A DNA stretch of 64,000 bases from Eledone cirrhosa (Eukaryota), in NCBI GenBank assembly GCA_964016885.1, contig OZ024750.1:15562001-15626000 (forward strand), written 5' to 3'. This document shows, piece by piece, positions 1-12,633 of this stretch. Every line of letters starts with the position of its first letter. The first letter of the stretch is position 1. Both the position numbers and the translations under genes were made by a program. Under the pieces are notes generated by a model. That model saw only the letters and a list, made by a program, of their open reading frames with translations. It searched no databases and had not been told where the DNA came from.

Positions 1-2138
1 TCACAGTGATATGGTTTCTCTCCTGTATGAACATATTTGTGAGTTGTTAACCTGCTTGCGTGAGAGAATGATTTAGCACAGATATCACAGTGATATGGCA
101 GTTCTCCTGTATGAATATGCTTGTGAGTTGTTAAGTTGCCTTTTTGAGAGAATGATTTACCACAGATATCACAGTGATATGGTTTCTCGCCTGTATGAAT
201 ATGTTTATGAATTTTTAAGCTGCTTGCGTGAGAGAATGATTTACCACAGATATCACAGTGATATGGTTTCTCTCCTGTATGAATATGCTTGTGAGTTGTT
301 AAGTGGCTTTTTTGAGAGAAAGTTTTACCACAGATATCACAGTGATATGGCAGTTCTCCTGTATGAATTTGTTTGTGAGTTGTTAAGTTGCCTTTTTGAG
401 AGAATGATTTACCACAGATATCACAGTGATATGGTTTCTCTCCTGTATGAATATATTTATGAATTGTTAAGCTGTTTGCTTGAGAGAATGATTTACCACA
501 GATATCACAGTGATATGGCAGTTCTCCTGTATGAATATGCTTGTGAGTTGTTAACTGGCCTTTTTGAGAGAAAGTTTTACCACAGATATCACAGTGATAT
601 GGTTTCTCTCCTGTATGAATATATTTGTGAATTGTTAAGCTCCTTGCGTGAGAGAATGATTTACCACAGATATCACAGTGATATGGCAGTGCTCCTGTAT
701 GAATATGCTTGTGAGTTGTTAAGTGGCTTTTTTGAGAGAAAGTTTTACCACAGATATCACAGTGATATGGCAGTTCTCCTGTATGAATTTGTTTGTGAGT
801 TCTTAAGTTGCCTTTTTGAAAGAAAGTTTTTCCACAGATATCACAGTGATATGGTTTCTCTCCTGTATGAATATATTTATGAATTGTTAAGCTGTTTGCT
901 TGAGAGAATGATTTACCACAGATATCACAGTGATATGGCAGTTCTCCTGTATGAATATGCTTGTGAGTTGTTAAGTTGCCTTTTTGAGAGAAAGTTTTAC
1001 CACAGATATCACAGTGATATGGTTTCTCTCCTGTATGAATATATTTGTGAATTGTTAAGTTCCTTGCGTGAGAGAATGATTTACCACAGATATCACAGTG
1101 ATATGGCAGTGCTCCTGTATGAATATGCTTGTGAGTTGTTAAGTTGCCTTTTTGAGAGAAAGTTTTACCACAGATATCACAGTGATATGGCAGTTCTCCT
1201 GTATGAATTTGTTTGTGAGTTGTTAAGTGGCTTTTTTGAGAGAAAGTTTTACCACAGATATCACAGTGATATGGCAGTTCTCCTGTATGAATTTGTTTGT
1301 GAGTTGTTAAGCTGCTTGCGTGAGAGAATGATTTACCACAGATATCACAGTGATATGGTTTCTTTCCTGTATGAATATGTTTATGAGTAGTTAAGCTGCA
1401 TGAGTAAGAGAATGATTTACCACAGATATCACAGTGATACAATAGTTCTCCTGTATGAATATGTTTGTGAGTTGCTAAGTTGCTTTGTTGTGAGAATGAT
1501 TTACCACAGATATCACAGTGATATGGTTTCTCTCCTGTATGAATATATTTATGAATTTTTAAGCGGTTTGCATGAGAGAATGATTTACCACACATATCAC
1601 AGTGATATGGCAGTTCTCCTGTATGAATTTGTTTGTGAGTTGTTAAGTTGCCTTGTTGTGAGAATGATTTACCACAGATATCACAGTGATATGGCTTCTC
1701 TCCTGTATGAATATGTATGTGAGTTGTTAAGTTCCCTTGTTGAGAGAATGATTTACCACAGATATCACAGTGATACGGTTTCATCCCTGTATGAATATAT
1801 TTGTGTGTTTTTAAATACCCTTTTTGAAAGAATGATTTACCACAGATATCACAGTCATATGGTTTCTCTCTTATATGAATATGCTTGTGAGCTGTTAAGT
1901 TGCCTTTTTGAGAGAAAGTTTTACCACAGATATCACAGTGATATGGTTTCTCTCCTGTATGAATAGATTTGTGAGCTGTTAATTTGCTTGCTTGAGAGAA
2001 TGATTTACCACAGATATCACAGTGATATGGTTTCTCTCCTGTATGAATATATTTGTGAGTTTTAAGGTTACTTTTTTCAGAGAATGACTTTCTACAGACA
2101 CTGCAATTGTATGGTGGTTTCTCTATCTCTGTCGCCAT
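1..2138 (-). CDS. Tandem C2H2 zinc-finger protein, paralog 1 (at least 25 fingers; 3' end runs off the window)
   Basis: ATG at 2138 begins [32 protein letters not shown], like the other paralogs. 84-bp units encode CxxC-x12-HxxxH with TGEKPY linkers, and the frame is still in register at base 3. It is probably missing from the ORF track because no stop falls inside the window. Confidence 0.9.
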   Translation of the reverse strand, partial: MATEIEKPPYNCSVCRKSFSEKSNLKTHKYIHTGEKPYHCDICGKSFSQASKLTAHKSIHTGEKPYHCDICGKTFSQKGNLTAHKHIHIREKPYDCDICGKSFFQKGYLKTHKYIHTGMKPYHCDICGKSFSQQGNLTTHIHIHTGEKPYHCDICGKSFSQQGNLTTHKQIHTGELPYHCDMCGKSFSHANRLKIHKYIHTGEKPYHCDICGKSFSQQSNLATHKHIHTGELLYHCDICGKSFSYSCSLTTHKHIHTGKKPYHCDICGKSFSHASSLTTHKQIHTGELPYHCDICGKTFSQKSHLTTHKQIHTGELPYHCDICGKTFSQKGNLTTHKHIHTGALPYHCDICGKSFSHARNLTIHKYIHTGEKPYHCDICGKTFSQKGNLTTHKHIHTGELPYHCDICGKSFSQANSLTIHKYIHTGEKPYHCDICGKTFFQKGNLRTHKQIHTGELPYHCDICGKTFSQKSHLTTHKHIHTGALPYHCDICGKSFSHARSLTIHKYIHTGEKPYHCDICGKTFSQKGQLTTHKHIHTGELPYHCDICGKSFSQANSLTIHKYIHTGEKPYHCDICGKSFSQKGNLTTHKQIHTGELPYHCDICGKTFSQKSHLTTHKHIHTGEKPYHCDICGKSFSHASSLKIHKHIHTGEKPYHCDICGKSFSQKGNLTTHKHIHTGELPYHCDICAKSFSHASRLTTHKYVHTGEKPYHC

Positions 2139-2595
2139 ATCTTCAACACAAAGGCAATCATTTAATTTTTTCCAATCAGTAGTTTGTTCTTTAATTTTTC
2201 CTGTCTGAAAATATATAGATATTTTTCTTCTTTTCCATATTATAATTTACTACAAACAAACATTTTTTTCTGCTATTTCTCCATTAGCTGTGATCTTTGT
2301 TGATATCTAAAGATATCATAAACTCCTTTGTAAATTTTTCCCAAGTATATTTATAATAGAAAATCATTTTTTACACATTTCAGACAGTCAAATAGAGAAA
2401 TGTTCCAAAGAATTCAAAGGAAATATTTCACAATTCATAGATTTATACAATCACACATCGTCTTTAAATAAACAGGGTTATATGTGTTCTGTTTAACATC
2501 CCGCATAAACTTTACACATAGCATGGAAGATGGACGTTAAACGATGATGATGGTGATGATGCTTCAGATGTAAAGAATTCTTTAATGCTGATGTC

Positions 2596-2620
2596 ATTTG
2601 ATATTCTGAAATAAAAGAAG
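2596..2620 (-). other. Probable splice acceptor for the ZNF coding exon (exon starts 2605; equivalents near 12110 and 19439)
   Basis: Minus strand reads cttcttttatttcag|aatatc, a pyrimidine tract plus CAG, about 470 bp upstream of the ATG and present in all three copies. Confidence 0.5.
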
Positions 2621-2799
2621 TACAGTGTAAGTTATAAAGGATATTTCAAAAGTAGAGATTTAACAGCAAATACTATACTTGATTTCTATATTGATAAAGT
2701 GTAGATACAAACCTTAATTCATATATATATGCAATATATATAGTAAATAATTATACATAATCTCACATAGGAAATAAATGTACAGAAGGATAAGATCTT

Positions 2800-3135
2800 G
2801 CTACCATCGGGGAATGGCCATGTTAATTGAGTAGAAAAGGAATGGTTAGGAATTTCATATGGTGTACCCAGTATTCACAGTAAACACACAAGAGATGTAG
2901 TGGGATCATAGGTAGACTGATGGGAAGGTGAGACTTTGTGTGTATTAGATGTGCTGGAGTAGTTAACAGTAAAGATATCATAGAGCTAAACTCTCTCAGA
3001 ATGTCACAAGGTTCAGTGGAAATGGTAGAAAGCCACTTTTGTTATCTAGATCTGATTAGTAGTGGAGGTTGATGTACTGAAAGTGTTATTGTCAGAGTAG
3101 GAACAGGTTGGAAGAAGTTCAGGGAGCTGTTACCA
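2800..3135 (+). mobile_element. RTE-clade LINE fragment (also about 12300-12638 and 19630-20030)
   Basis: Degenerate translation HFCYL-DLISSGG-CTESVIVRVGTGWKKFRELLP resembles the post-RT region of RTE LINEs. Confidence 0.65.
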
Positions 3136-4133
3136 CACAATTAAAGATGCAAAATGGGAACCTGGTTGCAACAACCTGGCATTATAAGAGGACAGTGACA
3201 CTTGTGACCACAAATTCCAGTCCCAATGATTTAACAAGTATCTGACGAAAACAAAACATTGGAGAACACCATATTGTGCCATGTTAAAGGGCAGTAAGAT
3301 ACTACATGGAGCACATGAATGGAGTGGGCCATGCAGACCAGTTGAGAACCAGCTAGTGCATTGGAAGACAGTCAAATAAATGGTGGAAGTATTTTATTGA
3401 TGATTTGCAAAATGTTCATCATTTGTGTTGATGAGAAAAGCCCCAAACCATATAATCCTATCTAGGAAAGGCAAGGGGAAAAAATGTACCCAGTTGGATT
3501 TCAAAATGAACCTGGCACATCAACGTATTGCCCACGGAAGATATTCCCCAAGTAAAGGATGCCACACACTGGCCTGTAGACTTAGGGAAAAGAGAACTTG
3601 CAAGCAGTGTTCTAAACAAAATATTAGAAAGAAACCAAAGACAGGCTGAGAGCAATGCAAGATAAATCTGTATTAATTGTTTCAAGCCCTGGGGCGGTGG
3701 ATTGGCAGTATCGGTAGAGGGTCGGACGCCATGCTTTCCAGCATAGTTACGTCCCTTTATGATCTGAGTTCAAATCCCGCCGAGGTTGACTTTGCCTTTC
3801 ATCCTTACGGGGTCGATAAAATAAAGTACCAGTAATGCACTGGATAATTGCTGGCCTTGTGCCTAAAGTAGAAACAATTAATTGTTTCAAGCCCTACCAT
3901 CTCAAACATTTCCCTTAAATGTATGTTTATGTTGACACTTACAAGAAAAAAATTGTTTTTGCTTACATCTATTAATTTGTATATTTTATTCAATAATCTG
4001 TAAATATAATTATATTTTTTTGCAATATCCTTTAGAAAATTCAGTTTGGAAACTTTACTGAAAACGTTATAGCAATTTTAGTTTGGTCATGTTAAAAAAA
4101 CTACCGATTCTCAGTATTTGGCTCAGGGAGTTA
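3130..4133 (+). mobile_element. piggyBac transposase C-terminal remnant with decayed right end
   Basis: Frameshifted motifs GNLVATTWH-KRTVTL, MNGV(G/D)HADQLR, KWWKY, QLDFKMNLAHQ and the Cys-rich tail CKQC...C.NCFKPYH. It ends in cagggagttag, resembling a GGG-TTAA terminus. Confidence 0.75.
3691..3880 (+). mobile_element. tRNA-derived SINE (family A) with target-site duplication
   Basis: A-box TGGCAGTATCGG and B-box GTTCAAATCC. The core gactttgcctttcatccttacggggtcgataaa resembles the Meta-domain of MetaSINEs (from recall). Flanked by duplicated attgtttcaagccct, with an empty site near 13190. Confidence 0.9.
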
Positions 4134-4720
4134 GTGAGAAAATAAAAGAGGGAAAGTGTCAGATACTAAGGGAAGTAATCATATACGATCACAATGGGAG
4201 AAGAAATAAAAGCAATCAAAACAAAGTAAAAAACTGGAATGGCTTGTGGCAAGGAAAACGAAACAGTGCCAATATTAAACCAATATATTTACTTCCGTAG
4301 ATTGCTTTTGTTTCCTTCAGTTTCTTTATTTTGCTGAATATATCAAAACAAAATGATGAAAATAAAAAGATATGTTTACAATATAGATGTATAATACTTA
4401 CATATTAAATAAAAATTCGATATCACAATATGTTGTAGTCAGAATATAAGTCGGACAGAGAACGTCGAAATTTTACAGCAAACGTTCCTTGAGATTTTTA
4501 GGTCAACATAATACAGAATGTTGTAGCTATTTCTTCAGACAGTTAACTAGCAATCATTTCTACATAATTGGATCCTGTAAATATTAATTGTAAACTAGAA
4601 GTGACTAAATAATGGAGATTCGTATCAAACAGTAGCGGGAAGTGATTAGACAATGTTTCAACAACTACAGTGTCGGAAGGGAAGTAACTCCCTTTCTTAC
4701 ACTGGCTTTCATCTACGTTT

Positions 4721-6083
4721 ATAATAATAATGAAATTATTGTGTACAGTGCTCAGGTGCACTACAACTCATCAAAGGTGCATGTATAGTACATAGAATAA
4801 TGTACAAATGTCAGGAAAATGAACAGTGTATGAGTCATGATATAATAACAATAACAATAATGAAATATTGTGTACAGTGCCCAGGTGCACCACAACTCAT
4901 CAAAAAAGTTCATGTACAGTACATAGGGCAATGCACAAACATCAGTAAAATGAACAGTGCACGAGTCATGATACACACATGTGTGCATGTGTATGGAAGG
5001 GGTACATCAGGTGTAGTTTTGGCGTATTTCGGGAAGCATGAGTGTCTTAAAGGAAGCAGTGTCTCGGCAGCTAACAATTGACGCAGGCAGTTTGTTCCAT
5101 GCTTCAGCAACTCTGAGCGTGAAAAAATGTCTGCGAAATTCATGGGAGCTGTGCTGTTTTCTTATCTTGTAGGCATGTCCACGTGTGTTAGACACATGGA
5201 GATCAAAGAGGCGCTCAGGGTTGCAGTTGGCAAGATGGTTAAAAACTTTGTGGGTATTCACCAAGTCCATTGCCAGACGTCGGAGCTTCAATGAATCCAT
5301 GCCCAGGGAAGCAAGGCGTTCAGAGTATGGTAGGTGTCTGATGGAGGGTATGCGCTTGGTTGCACGTCTCTGAACAGTTTCCAGGAGGTCAATGTTCCGA
5401 GCAAGATAGGGGTTCCAGACTGATGATGCGAATTCCAAGTGTGGTCGCACCATAGCTGTATACAGTTTTAAATAGATGGCTGGAGAGCGGCTAACAAAGG
5501 TCTTGCTGAGTGATGCCAAGACACCCTCGGCCTTCTTGACAATCTTAGAGACATGCTTTGTCCAACGCAAATCGTTGCTGACAGTAATGCCCAGGTCACG
5601 TTCACAAGAGGACTTTTTGATGTCAGTGTTGTGGAGGGAGTATGTGGACGCTGGATTTTTCCTTCCAAAATGCATGGTGGTACACTTGTCCACAGCCAGC
5701 TTCAGTTGCCAGTCTGTGATCCATTGCTGCATTGTGTCCAGGTCTGATTGTAGGAAAGAGTTGTAAATTTCAGGATCAGTCCTTTTGATTTCAAGGTACA
5801 GCTTGATGTCATCTACATATTTTAGTACCGTGGCATTCTGTAAGTTGGCATCTATGTCATTAATATATGCCACAAACAAAAGAGGACCAAGAACAGATCC
5901 ATGTGGTACACCAGATGACATCTCATATGGTGAAGAATGCTGTCCTAGAACCGTGACTACTTCCTTTCGGCTGAGAATGAAGGATTTCAGCCAGTCGAAA
6001 AGATCATCCCTCACACCCATTGCAGAGAGTTTTGCCATAAGTCTTTTGTGTGGCACAGAATTAAAAGCCTTAGCAAAGTCAAG
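4721..6083 (-). mobile_element. 5'-truncated CR1-like LINE (RT domain to 3'UTR with (TTA)n tail)
   Basis: ORF 5007-6056 plus upstream LDFAKAFNSVPH. Motifs SGVPHGSVLGPLLF, YVDD, ERDLG, VRPHLE..SSVWNP, TRGH, FFTLRVAEAWNKLP. Absent from the paralogous sites near 14005 and 21020. Confidence 0.9.
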
Positions 6084-6177
6084 GTTTGCCTGTAAGGAAT
6101 TGAGATCGGGTATGAGGGAAATTTAATTTTATTTCTAAGCAGGTATACCAACAATTATTGCGGCTTCCATAGCATAC

Positions 6178-6485
6178 ACATCATCATCATCATCGTTTAA
6201 CGTCCATCTTCCACGGGTTTGGACGGGAATGTTCCCACTTGAGGCAAGATTGGTTGTCTTGCTCCTATAGGACTGTATGGCGGGTTTTCTATGGCTGGAT
6301 GCCCTTCCTAACACCAACCACGTTAACAGTGTGGACTGGGAGGTTTTTACCGTGTTACCTACACGGCCACATTACAGCGTGGACTGTGTGTGTTTGTTTT
6401 TTCTCGTGACACCTACACGACCTCATTTATTTCGGACTGGATGTTGTGGTACCAACACAACTTTACATCGAAAGGGGTGGTGTGG
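6178..6485 (-). mobile_element. SINE-like repeat (family B) with RTE-like (GAT)n tail; another copy at about 54330-54646
   Basis: Near-identical to 54330-54646. The motif gctggatgcccttcctaacaccaacc recurs near 8080, 16070, 39490 and 61855. Confidence 0.65.
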
Positions 6486-7357
6486 ATGAGGTGGTGGGAC
6501 GGGGGTGTATTTTTGTTAGAGTTAGATGCATACATACTTACGCACATACACACACATAGATACATATATACTTACGATCTGAAACAGCTGAGACTCACAG
6601 AGGAGATAACGAAGGAGCACAGCTAGTGTAGAGATGATGTGCTGAAAAGGACTTGTCCAACTCATGCAAACATGGAAAAACGACCGTAAAAATGATGAGG
6701 ATGATATCATCATCATCATCACCGTTTTACATCCATTTTTCCATGCTAGCAGAGGTTAGACGAGTTGTCCTCTTGAAGGCAATGCTAGGTCAAGTGATCA
6801 TGTCTTTAAAGAATGTACTGGGTGCATTTATTGTATAGATCAACATTAGAATATATTTGGCATTGTAAATACACACACACACTCATATATATACATCAGG
6901 ACTCTGACACTACCACCTCATATGATGGACTGGGTGTTTTTTTCACCATGGCACCAACATTACCACCTTACAGGATAATCTTGTATATACAAAAATGATA
7001 AAATAAGAATACTTTTAGATTAAAGCAGTTTTATTTAGATTTTAAATTATCAAGAATATTTACAAAGAGAGATGAGGTAAGCAAGCAAGGAATCTGTGTC
7101 TCATAGTCAAGATGATAATGGTTTCATAACAAGTAGTGATATCATCATCATCACCGTTTTACGTCCGTTCTTCCATCTACTGATATCTTCTAGTGATATC
7201 TATCTAGTGATATCTTCTATAACTCATACCAATATGCAAAATAGACATTTGACACTTTTAAATTCACATTTAGCTAAACCATCAAGGTTTGATGAAGGAA
7301 TCGTACTATAAGTAAAAAATTAAATAGTACCAACAACAGAATCATTCCCTTCATTAC

Positions 7358-7566
7358 TTAACCTTTTAGCATTTAAACCGCCATATCCGACCAGAATTCT
7401 CTCACCTCTTTCTCTTCAAACCAGCTGTAACCAGCCACTCATACTGATGTTAAGGTATCGTTCTCAAAATAAATAACATTAAAATCTCATAGATTCAATA
7501 TCATGTAAGATAAAGTCTTTACCACAATAATACAATAGTATATATAGATTAATACTAAAGGGTTAA
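7358..7566. mobile_element. TTAA-flanked MITE (piggyBac-type); copies at 15346-15554, 41590-41795, about 55485-55700 and 63714-63962
   Basis: Ends ttaacc(c/t)tttagcatt...aat(a/g)ctaaagggttaa are terminal inverted repeats, and the internal sequence is shared among copies. Confidence 0.8.
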
Positions 7567-8539
7567 ATATATAATATAATTTAAACAAAAACAGACATAA
7601 GATACATGAAAGAATGTATAAAAGATATAGAATATACATATAAGATATCATAAGTATATCCTATTATGGTGTTATGAAATATTTTCTTTCATGTTTGCGC
7701 ATTTTTAACATAATTATACTATAATGCTATCTTTGATTTATGAAAATACATCAACTAAACAGTATGCCTTCTAAAAATATCTAGAACTATTATGAAAGAA
7801 TATTTTTATCAAAATGATCACAATCATATGCTATGTCACCACTAGATATAGCTGTGGTTATATAAAATCTAGTGTTGGGAGATTTTAAGCACACTAATAT
7901 ATCTTCTTTCTTTTGGAATATATTATTATGTATTATGTGGAATCATCATCATCATCACTGTTTTACATCCATTCTTCAACACTAGCATAGGTTAGATAAG
8001 TTGTCCTGTTGTGGGCAATGCCAGGTCGGGTGACCTTGTCTTGTTCATATGGGAACTGATTTGGGATTGATTTCTACAGCTGGATGCCCTTCCTAACACC
8101 AACCTTATTTACAGTGAGTACTAGCTGCTTTTTTACTGTGGCGCCTACACAACCATTTTAGAGTGTGGGCTTTTTTGCCGTGACACTTCCACTACCACTT
8201 TGCAGTGGGAGGGGGTGGATTATATTTATCATCATGTATTATGGAGACAATGAACAAGTCACAGCACGTTACATTATTATGTTTTCCACATTGGATTGGC
8301 AGTATCTCTCTGTCTGCTTTGCAGCATAGAGTTACGGCCCATTACGATCTGAATTCAAATCCCGCCGAGGTTAACTTTGTGTTTCATCCTTACGGGGTCG
8401 ATAAAATAAAGTACCAGTAATGTACGAGGAGATAATTGCTGGCCTTGTGCCCAAAGTAGAAACAATTATTATGTAAGATATTTTTCCTCAGAGATTGACT
8501 TTTGACAATGATATGATTACATATTTGTATCAACATAGG

Positions 8540-9450
8540 TAGTTAATTGTGATTTTTAACAGATTTAGCATAAATATCACAGTGCCATATTTTCTTTTTA
8601 TGAATGCAAATATGTTTAAGTGATAATGTTCAGAGAATGATTTACAATATATATCATAATGATATGGTTACTATTCAGTATCAATACATTTGTGTATAGT
8701 TAATTCACCACATTGAGAGAACAATTTACGAATAGGCTATGTAGCCAGTAAACCCTAAAGGGATGCAAAACACATTGCAATAGCGTTTCACCAGCCCTTC
8801 CTTCTGTTGTCTGTATCTGTTTATGTATTTACGTGTAGATGTGTGTGTGTATGTAACTAAAGTGTAACGTACGTTAAGAATGGATGACTAAATGATTTTA
8901 ACTTGTTTTTTAACAATTGAAGGTGGAAAAGATTTCAAATTGTCTTAACTCGAGTTGCAACTCATGGTGTCTGACACTCTTACCGGCTAAATAGCCTCTT
9001 CCAGCCATTTACCACAGATATCACAGCGATATGCTTTGTTTTCAATATGAATACGTTTGTGAGGAATTAGGTTATAATTTGTTGAGAATGATTTAACACA
9101 ATGATGTAGTTTCTCTCCTGTATGAATATATTTGTGAGTAGTTCATGAAATGTTTTGAGAGAATTATTTACTATAGATATCAAAGTGATATGGTTTTCTT
9201 CTGGTATGAATATCTTTGTCTCCAGTATAATTACATTGAAGAGTAGTTAAGTTATGGTTCAGTGAGAGTGATTTACCAGATATCACAGTGAAATGGTTTC
9301 TCAAGTATGAAAGTTTTTGAGATTAAGCAGCTTGCTACTGAGAATGATTTACCCCAGCTATCACAATGATATGATAGTTCTCCTGTATAAATTCATTTAT
9401 GAATTATTAAGTGGTCTTTTTGAGAGAATGATTAGCCACTGGTGATAAGG
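8540..9450 (-). pseudogene. Decayed zinc-finger units downstream of the paralog 2 stop
   Basis: Degenerate gagaatgatttacc-agatatcacagtgatatgg units with indels and stops, interrupted by a roughly 270-bp non-ZF insert. Confidence 0.8.
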
Positions 9451-9456
9451 TTTCTT

Positions 9457-11658
9457 TCAGTTATGAATATGTTTATGAGTGGTAAAGCTGCTTGCTTGAG
9501 AGAATGATTTACCACAGATATCGCAGTGATATGGTTTCTCTCCTGTATGAATTTGTTCATGATTTGTTAAGTGACCTTTTTGAGAGAATGATTTACCACA
9601 GATATCACAGTGATATGGTTCCTCTCCTGTATGAATTTGTTCATGATTTGTTAAGTGGCCTTTTTGAGAGAATGATTTATCACAGATATCACAGTGATAT
9701 GGTTTCTCTCCTGTATGAATATATTTGTGAATTGTTAAGTTGCCTGCTTGAGAGAATGATTTACTGCAGATATCACAGTGATATGGTTTCTCTCTTGTAT
9801 GAATATGTTTATGAATTGTTAAGTGGCTTTTTTGAGAGAAAGTTTTACCACAGATATCACAGTGATATGGCAGTTCTCCTGTATGGATTTGTTTGTGAGT
9901 TGTTAAGTTGCCTTTTTGAGAGAATGATTTACCACAGATATCACAGTGATATGGTTTCTCTCCTGTATGAATATATTTATGAATTGTTAAGCTCCTTGCG
10001 TGAGAGAATGATTTACCACAGATATCACAGTGATATGGTTTCTCTCCCGTATGAATTTGTTCATGATTTGTTAAGTGGCCTTTTTGAGAGAATGATTTTC
10101 CACAGATATCACAGTGATATGGTTTCTCTCCTGTATGAATATGTTTATGAATTGTTAAGCTCCTTGCGTGAGAAAATGAATTACCACAGATATCACAGTG
10201 ATATGGTTTCTCTCCTGTATGAATATGCTTGTGAGTTGTTAAGTTGCCTTTTTGAGAGAAAGTTTTACCACAGATATCACAGTGATATGGCAGTTCTCCT
10301 GTATGAATTTGTTTGTGAGTTGTTAAATTGCCTTTTTGAAAGAAAGTTTTACCACAGATATCACAGTGATATGGTATCTCTCCTGTATGAATATATTTAT
10401 GAATTGTTAAGCTGCTTGGGTGAGAGAATGATTTACCACACATATCACAGTGGTATGGCAGTTCTCCTGTATGAATATGCTTGTGAGTTGTTAAGTGGCC
10501 TTTTTGAGAGAAAGTTTTACCACAGATATCACAGTGATATGGTTTCTCTCCTGTATGAATACGTTTATGAATTGTTAAGCTCCTTGCGCGAGAGAATGAT
10601 TTACCACAGATATCACAGTGATATGGCAGTTCTCCTGTATGAATATGCTTGTGAGTTGTTAAGTGGTCTTTTTGAGAGAAAGTTTTACCACAGAAATCAC
10701 AGTGATATGGTTTCTCTCCTGTATGAATTTGTATGTGAGTTGTTAAGTTCCCTTGTTGAGAGAATGATTTACCACAGATATCACAGTGATACGGTTTCTT
10801 CCCTGTATGAATATATTTGTGTGTTTTTAAATACCCTTTTTGAAAGAATGATTTACCACAGATATCACAGTGATATGGTTTCTCTCCTGTATGAATATAT
10901 TTGTGAGTTGTTAAGCTGCTTGCATGAGAGAATGATTTACCACAGATATCACAGTGATATGATTTCTCTCTTGTATGAATATGCTTGTGAGCTGTTAATT
11001 TGCTTGCTTGAGAGAATGATTTACCACAGATATCACAGTGATACAATAGTTCTCCTGTATGAATATGTTTGTGAGTTGCTAAGTTGCTTTGTTGAGAGAA
11101 TGATTTACCACAGATATCACAGTGATATGGCTTCTCTCCTGTATGAATATGTATGTGAGTTGTTAAGTTCCCTTGTTGAGAGAATGATTTACCACAGATA
11201 TCACAGTGATACGGTTTCATCCCTGTATGAATATATTTGTGTGTTTTTAAATACCCTTTTTGAAAGAATGATTTACCACAGATATCACAGTCATATGGTT
11301 TCTCTCTTATATGAATATGCTTGTGAGCTGTTAATTTGCTTGCTTGAGAGAATGATTTACCATAGATATCACAGTGATATGGTTTCTCTCCTGTATGAAT
11401 AGATTTGTGAGCTGTTAATTTGCTTGCTTGAGAGAATGATTTACCACAGATGTTACAGTGATATGGTTTCTCTCCTGTATGAATATGTATGTGAGTTGTT
11501 AAGTTCCCTTGTTGAGAGAATGATTTACCACAGATATCACAGTGATATGGTTTCTCTCCTGTATGAATATATTTGTGAGTTTTAAGGTTACTTTTTTCAG
11601 AGAATGACTTTTTACAGACACTGCAATTGTATGGTGGTTTCTCTATCTCTGTCGCCAT
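9457..11658 (-). CDS. Tandem C2H2 zinc-finger protein, paralog 2 (733 aa, 26 fingers; finger 4 has CDIY)
   Basis: Intact ORF of an 11-aa leader plus 26 Kruppel-type fingers with TGEKPY linkers. No KRAB, BTB or SCAN domain. Confidence 0.95.
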   Translation of the reverse strand: MATEIEKPPYNCSVCKKSFSEKSNLKTHKYIHTGEKPYHCDICGKSFSQQGNLTTHIHIHTGEKPYHCNICGKSFSQASKLTAHKSIHTGEKPYHCDIYGKSFSQASKLTAHKHIHIREKPYDCDICGKSFFQKGYLKTHKYIHTGMKPYHCDICGKSFSQQGNLTTHIHIHTGEKPYHCDICGKSFSQQSNLATHKHIHTGELLYHCDICGKSFSQASKLTAHKHIHTREKSYHCDICGKSFSHASSLTTHKYIHTGEKPYHCDICGKSFFQKGYLKTHKYIHTGKKPYHCDICGKSFSQQGNLTTHIQIHTGEKPYHCDFCGKTFSQKDHLTTHKHIHTGELPYHCDICGKSFSRARSLTIHKRIHTGEKPYHCDICGKTFSQKGHLTTHKHIHTGELPYHCDMCGKSFSHPSSLTIHKYIHTGEIPYHCDICGKTFFQKGNLTTHKQIHTGELPYHCDICGKTFSQKGNLTTHKHIHTGEKPYHCDICGNSFSHARSLTIHKHIHTGEKPYHCDICGKSFSQKGHLTNHEQIHTGEKPYHCDICGKSFSHARSLTIHKYIHTGEKPYHCDICGKSFSQKGNLTTHKQIHTGELPYHCDICGKTFSQKSHLTIHKHIHTREKPYHCDICSKSFSQAGNLTIHKYIHTGEKPYHCDICDKSFSQKGHLTNHEQIHTGEEPYHCDICGKSFSQKGHLTNHEQIHTGEKPYHCDICGKSFSQASSFTTHKHIHN

Positions 11659-12633
11659 ATCTTCAACACAAACGCAATCATTTACGTTCTTTAATTTTTC
11701 CTGTCTGAAAATATATAGATATTTTTCTTCTTTTCCATATTATAATTTACTACATACAAACATTTTTTTTCTGCTATTTCTCCATTAGCTGTGATCTTTG
11801 TTGATATCTAAAGATATCATAAAGTCCTTTGTAAATTTTTCCCAAGTATATTTAGAATAGAAAATCATTTTTTACACATTTCAGACAGTCAAATAGAGAA
11901 ATGTTCCAAAGAATTCAAAGGAAATATTTCACAACAATTCATAGATTTATATAATCACACATCGTCTTTAAATAAACAGGGTTATATGTGTTCTGTTTAA
12001 CATTCCGCATAATCTTTACACATAGCATGGAAGATGGATGTTAAACGATGATGATGGTGATGATGCTTCAGATGTAAAGAATTCTTTAATGCTTATGTCA
12101 TTTGATATTCTGAAATAAAAGAAGTACAGTGTAAGTTATAAAGGATATTTCAAAAGTAGAGATTTAACAGCAAATATTATACTTGATTTCTATATTGATA
12201 AAGTGTAGATACAAACCTTAATTCATATATATATTCAATATATATAGTAAATAATTATACATAATCTCACATAGGAAATAAATGTACAGAAGGATAAGAT
12301 CTTGCTACCATCGGGGAATGGCCATGTTAATTGAGTAGAAAGGGAATTTTTAGGAATTTCATATGGTGTACCCAGTATTCACAGTAAACACACAAGAGAT
12401 GTAGTGGGATCATAGGTAGACTGATGGGAAGGTGAGACTTTGTGTGTATTAGATGTGCTGGAGTAGTTAACAGTAAAGATATCATAGAGCTAAACTCTCT
12501 CAGAATGTCACAAGGTTCAGTGGAAATGGTAGAAAGCCACTTTTGTTATCTAGATCTGATTAGTAGTGGAGGTTGATGTACTGAAAGTGTTATTGTCAGA
12601 GTAGGAACAGGTTGGAAGAAGTTCAGGGAGCTG

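Noticed and set aside
1-2100. CRISPR-like look (palindromic constant part plus variable part)
   Set aside because: The variable parts are homologous codons for the recognition helix. The context is eukaryotic and there are no cas genes.
3691-3780. tRNA gene
   Set aside because: A and B boxes are present, but there is no cloverleaf. It continues into a multi-copy SINE body with a TSD.
5007-6056. 349-aa RT as a host gene or active element
   Set aside because: It is 5'-truncated within the RT, lacks an endonuclease, has altered motifs (GVPHG, AFNSV) and is absent from the paralogous sites.
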